DNA of 64,000 bases from Podarcis liolepis (lineage: Eukaryota): the NCBI GenBank assembly GCA_965112155.1, contig OZ218103.1; one strand, 5' to 3'. Positions within the stretch are counted from its first letter, which is position 1. Every line of letters begins with the position of its first letter. The translations under genes and the position numbers were made by a program. Below are positions 32,620 through 64,000 of this stretch, one piece after another. The notes below the pieces were generated by a model, which was not told where the DNA came from, did no database searches, and was given only the letters and a program-made list of their open reading frames with translations.

Positions 32620-35196
32620 TCATATGGTAATCTAGATCCCCACCTCCGCCCCTCCAAGTGTCATTAAATTAAAGTTCAGCAATTTGAAAATGTAACTGTT
32701 GACTGCTAACAGCTTACTGAAGGAAACGAAGTCATTTAACACTAAGGCTTTAAAAGGTTCTAAGTTGTATGATCAGAATATTATCTATAAGCTAAGATCT
32801 CACATATAAAGCTTCTTCATATTATTTTACATTGCAAAGTTCTGGAAGATACTATTACAGTCCCAAGGGTATTGCACTTCTCTTTCAGATTCTGAAGCAG
32901 CTGTAATGTTGCCATGCTCTCTTAATAAAAGACAAACAGCTACAACTTTGAACAGGTAACACTTGACAAAACGGGGTGGAGGCCAAGCTGCAGTCATACA
33001 ATGTATTAATAGCAGAACCATAGCAGTGGAAAAAATAAACAGCTCAGTTAAAGAATATGTCCAATTAAAGAATATGTGGATGTAAATTTATATATTTATA
33101 TATAAACAATAAATGACTTGGTACACAGTGAAATACATATCTATGATGCAAACTTAAAAGTTGAAATTTCTTTCAGTTTTGAAGAAAGTCAGACTTGTTT
33201 TTTTCACTGTGGCAAAATGCCACCACAATCTTTTAAAATAAATTACTCACATTTCTGTCAACGTACTTCATATGAGACAAATGCTGCAGCTCTTATGCCA
33301 AAAAATTCTTTGGTAGAGAAATTAAACGTCAGAAACTGTTCTTACTTATATTAATGACCAAACACAAATATAAAACAAAATTAACTTGAGATAGAGAAAG
33401 AGAGCACCAGTATTTAATAAAACAAATCTAGCCGTCAATTCTGGTTCTCCAAAACCGCAACAACTTTGGTTGAGCTAAACAGCCAAACTCAATTTACAAA
33501 GCAAAAAGTTCCAAACACACTGAACCCCAATCACATTTCAACTCGGGCGTTATCATTTTCAATGGAACTTCAGGAACGCTTGCTTAGGATTGCAGCCAAC
33601 CAACTACCATTTCCCCACCCCCAATTAAGTTAATACTTTTACCATTCTTATTTGCAGATATGGGTAAGTACAAAATATGCTTAATAATACTCTTGCGCTT
33701 GCATTTTTTAATATATATACACATTTGGACGGAAACAATTCCCTTCCTGCCCTCTTATGCAAATCTTACACTCATATCGGAGAGTTGAAATACAACTAAA
33801 CAGGTTCTAGCCTGCTATACCTTACAAAACTATTTCCTCTACTAGGCCAAGAATACTAAGACATGGTCTTACAAATAAACAAAACAACTCTACCCCCCGA
33901 CCCAAAGTCAGTAGAGCCAATAGAACTGCACTGATAAAACTGCAAGTTTGCTTCCTATTGCCCCTAACAAACAGGATTTCGTCACAAGTACATGTGCACT
34001 TATATTAATAAATCAAGTGGTCCCAATAGGAACCAGACTCTTCGCCCTCATACAACTATTGACAATAAAGTACTAACCAAGCCATTAAAAACAACCGCAA
34101 CTCACAATTCTGCAATAAAAATAGAAATATCTTAATGCACATTAAAGATAGACTGCTTCTACCAAAATGTTAATCTATATATTATTCAAAAGGGGAAGGG
34201 CTTGACCAACTGCTATACATTTTAATTCATTCAATGTGCAATTCAAATATTAATTCGAAAGTTTCATTTTGCCATTTCCTCCATACGAGTCAAGAATCAG
34301 AAGAATTTTCAAAGATATCAAGCTTCGTGGTGCATTCAAGGCATGAGAGATTTAGTAATGGGATTAAGAGGCTCATGTGTAATGGTTTTCTCCTGCTACA
34401 TTTGGTGGGGGGGGGGTAGTATTTCCTTTGCAATACTGTATACTGCAAATTATCTTCTTGATACAGATCTAGTATCAAGGGTGTTTACTTATGTTGAAAA
34501 ACAATGAAGGTCCAGGCCAACACGATATGCCGCAGTTTGGGAATGATTTACCACACACGTTCTGCAACATGTAAGTTGGCAGGGAGGGTGATGAAGATCA
34601 ATATCTCTTTGGATTCTTGCTAGGTTGTTGGTTATACTACCGCCCAACTGCCATCTTGCTATGACGTTGCAGAATAGACAGCACCAAACCATTAAAACAA
34701 AAAAGCACCCCGTATTCACACAGAGGTTGAATCCACCCAAATGGGGGCGTGGGAGACCAGATGTCCCAGCATGATTTTCGGATGAATTTAAGCCCTCTCT
34801 TAAATATTTATTAATACATTTGCTAACATTACAGGCCTATATGAATATATTCGGTATTATCTCATTTTCCATTCATTCATCATTTCCAACAGATTATGGG
34901 CAATTAGCTGAAAGGCATTAAGAAGGAACCATTGCAAACAACAGATTTGAAGACACAAGCTTTGTGATAAGAATGACTTGACATTTACTGCATTAAATTG
35001 CAAAATGCTCAACAGCTATTCTTATAGGGAAGCCAGATTTTTTTTTTTTTTAAAGGAGACAGTTTTCCTTTAGAAATGCTATTATTTTGATCTGTTCCAG
35101 TGGTTGTTTCATCTTCTTTGAGTACAATCTCCCTCTCTCTGCATCCATTCTTTGAACTTAGCACAACTCAAGCTTTGGGAAAGAGCAGTGATGGAG
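30865..35196 (-). other. ARFGEF2: Putative long ARFGEF2 3' UTR; distal AATAAA at 30890-30885 (others at 31387-31382 and 34812-34807)
   Basis: AT/U-rich, TE-poor stretch after the stop, ending at a canonical hexamer followed by U-rich sequence; end point inferred. Confidence 0.5.
32553..32619. repeat. Compound (TC)n(AC)n microsatellite
   Basis: Direct reading. Confidence 0.95.
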
Positions 35197-61983
<26,787 letters not shown>

Positions 61984-62074
61984 CTGATAAAACATATATC
62001 AATAAGTCATTTGAAAAATGTTGCAATTTAGCCTTCTCTTTTAAAAGATGGTTTCAACAATTTGCATAAGATCA

Positions 62075-62193
62075 GAGGTTAGGTTTATATTATATGTATG
62101 CATATGTATACATATAATATGTATATTATATGTATGCATATGTAGGTTTATATTATATGTATGTATGCATATGAGGTTAGGTTTATATTATAT

Positions 62194-62223
<30 letters not shown>
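62075..62223. repeat. Degenerate AGGTTTATATTATATGTATGCATAT tandem repeat followed by (CA)n
   Basis: Direct reading. Confidence 0.85.
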
Positions 62224-62224
<1 letters not shown>

Positions 62225-63835
62225 GCACAAAGCCCTGGTTAGGAAAAGCTGATTAGAGATATTTAGACTTATTTCACACAGAAGCCCTAAAGCTGTTTGA
62301 CATTTACAGCAAGCTTGCTATGGGAACGCATGGACAGAATTATAGAGTTTCCAATGGGGAACTCTACACAGCAGCCGATTCCAGCAGGTCTGTTGCCACC
62401 ACCAATTAATTGATCGGCACTGACAGCAAGCCTGACTTGCCAAGGAACTATCAAAAGCATTTTAAGGCTTCCAAATGTTCCTTGCAAATACATCTTCACC
62501 TGGACATAGGACATCAGATGGCTGGGGGGGAAACTGCCACTTGGGCCAAACTGAGACCTGAGCCAGGACTTAACAGAGCCTCTACATAGCAGGAAGTCAG
62601 TTCACTAGATAAGCATGTTATATTCTGAGCTAGATCTTAGGGGAAATTTGATTCTGCTCTGTGCTCCTCTTTTAAGGATGGCTAAGCTCCAGTGGTTCTT
62701 AGCTATTACGGAAGTCACCTGAAAAACCATTTTGATCAATCTGTTCACAAGGCTGAAGAATCAAGTAGCACAGTATGCTATGTCAGAGAATGCTTTGTAG
62801 AACACCAAGGCACTTGGACTCACCTGGTGTCAGTTTCAAAGGCTAAAACTGTGTTTGTATCAGTAAAATAGGGCTACAATGGCTATTAAACAAGTCCCAC
62901 CACTGTAGAATTTTTACTTCCCACTGAAAGACACATGGGAACAAATATTTGGGATTCAGAGTACTTACTTCAATCATCCTAGAAAAAAAATCAGTTTTGG
63001 TGCAGTCAATTATTATTAAATTGGGCCAATATGTCAATCATTTCCTAGAATATCTGTCAAATGGATGATATCTGAAAGAACTTATATTTGATGCCAAATA
63101 CAATACTTTCTGCTATATGCGCTTTTAAAAATAAATGTTGGCAATTAGAATCCACTAAAAAAAGAGATAACATTCAAGATATTGAGCTAGGAAGTGAGAT
63201 CTATTAGCAGGTGACAAACTACTTATTATACTTCAGACAAGAAATAGGAATCAAAATAGAAGATTTTACATTTTAATAGAGAGATTATCAGGATTAATAT
63301 TACCGATATGTGAAAATATTGTTTTTATCTTAACATAATTAGATTGGTCTCATAATTAAAATTTATTCTCTCTCTTTTTTCTGATGCTGCAATCTGTAGA
63401 TTAGTCTTCAACAAATAGAGTCCTATTTAGCAACAGTACTTGAAGTTCAGCATCTGGATGGCCACAAGTCAGCCACACCTGCCCTATAGCTACACAAATG
63501 AATGCTTTTAGCTATCTTGACAAATCACGGCATCCAATAAGCTGGAAAATCTAGCAGTTGTTTATTGTGATTGATTCTTTTTTTAAAAAAAAATGCCTTG
63601 CATGGTTTTTTTGTCAACCATTCACCTATCCAACATACTTTTTAACGATGCCCAATTCCATTAGACTAACATTTGGCACAAAAAGCTGCAATTTGATAGA
63701 GATACCTACAGATAAATTACACTGCTCGGAGCTGCAAGGCTTTGAGAAATAGCCAGCCTGCTGCTGAAAGCTTTGATGAAGCAATAAGTACTACAATTTG
63801 GGATCAGAGGCAATTTGAGTCATTTTTTGACAAGT

Positions 63836-64000
63836 GTAAAGGGGCCCCTGACTGTTAGGTGCAGTCACGGACGACTCTGGGGTTGCGGGGCTTATCTCAC
63901 TTTACTGGCCAAGGGAGCCGGCGTTTGTCCGCAGACAGCTTCCAGCTCATGTGGCCAGCATGACTAAGCCACTTCCGGTGAACCAGAGCAGCGCATGGAA
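63836..64000 (-). mobile_element. Sauria SINE 3' part, truncated by the window end
   Basis: Similar to 23215-23370. Confidence 0.8.

Overview
Vertebrate genomic DNA from a squamate reptile, most likely a lacertid lizard, judged from Sauria/Squam-type SINEs, CR1 and Penelope-like remnants. Two multi-exon genes lie in tandem on the minus strand. (1) CSE1L (exportin-2/CAS) is complete: non-coding exon 1 in a CpG island at ~28.2 kb, and 24 coding exons from 25778 to 1766 that splice GT-AG into a 2916-nt ORF (971 aa + stop). (2) ARFGEF2 (BIG2, Sec7-domain ARF-GEF) is present as its 3' part: exons equivalent to human 7-39, from 61983 to the stop at 35197, followed by a long 3' UTR. Two expected ARFGEF2 exons are missing and must lie in the 200-N gap at 46351-46550, and the exon at 47367-47515 carries an apparent 1-nt frameshift. 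The introns hold many transposable elements with readable boundaries: hAT MITEs with 8-bp TSDs, Tc1/mariner-type MITEs with TA TSDs, a solo LTR with a 5-bp TSD, L1/CR1/other LINE 3' ends, and SINEs. The most unusual structure is a Penelope-like insertion in CSE1L intron 23: a perfect 59-bp inverted repeat whose loop carries a minimal hammerhead-ribozyme-like core on the pre-mRNA strand. Exon numbers and comparisons to human come from my recollection of the orthologues, not from a database search.
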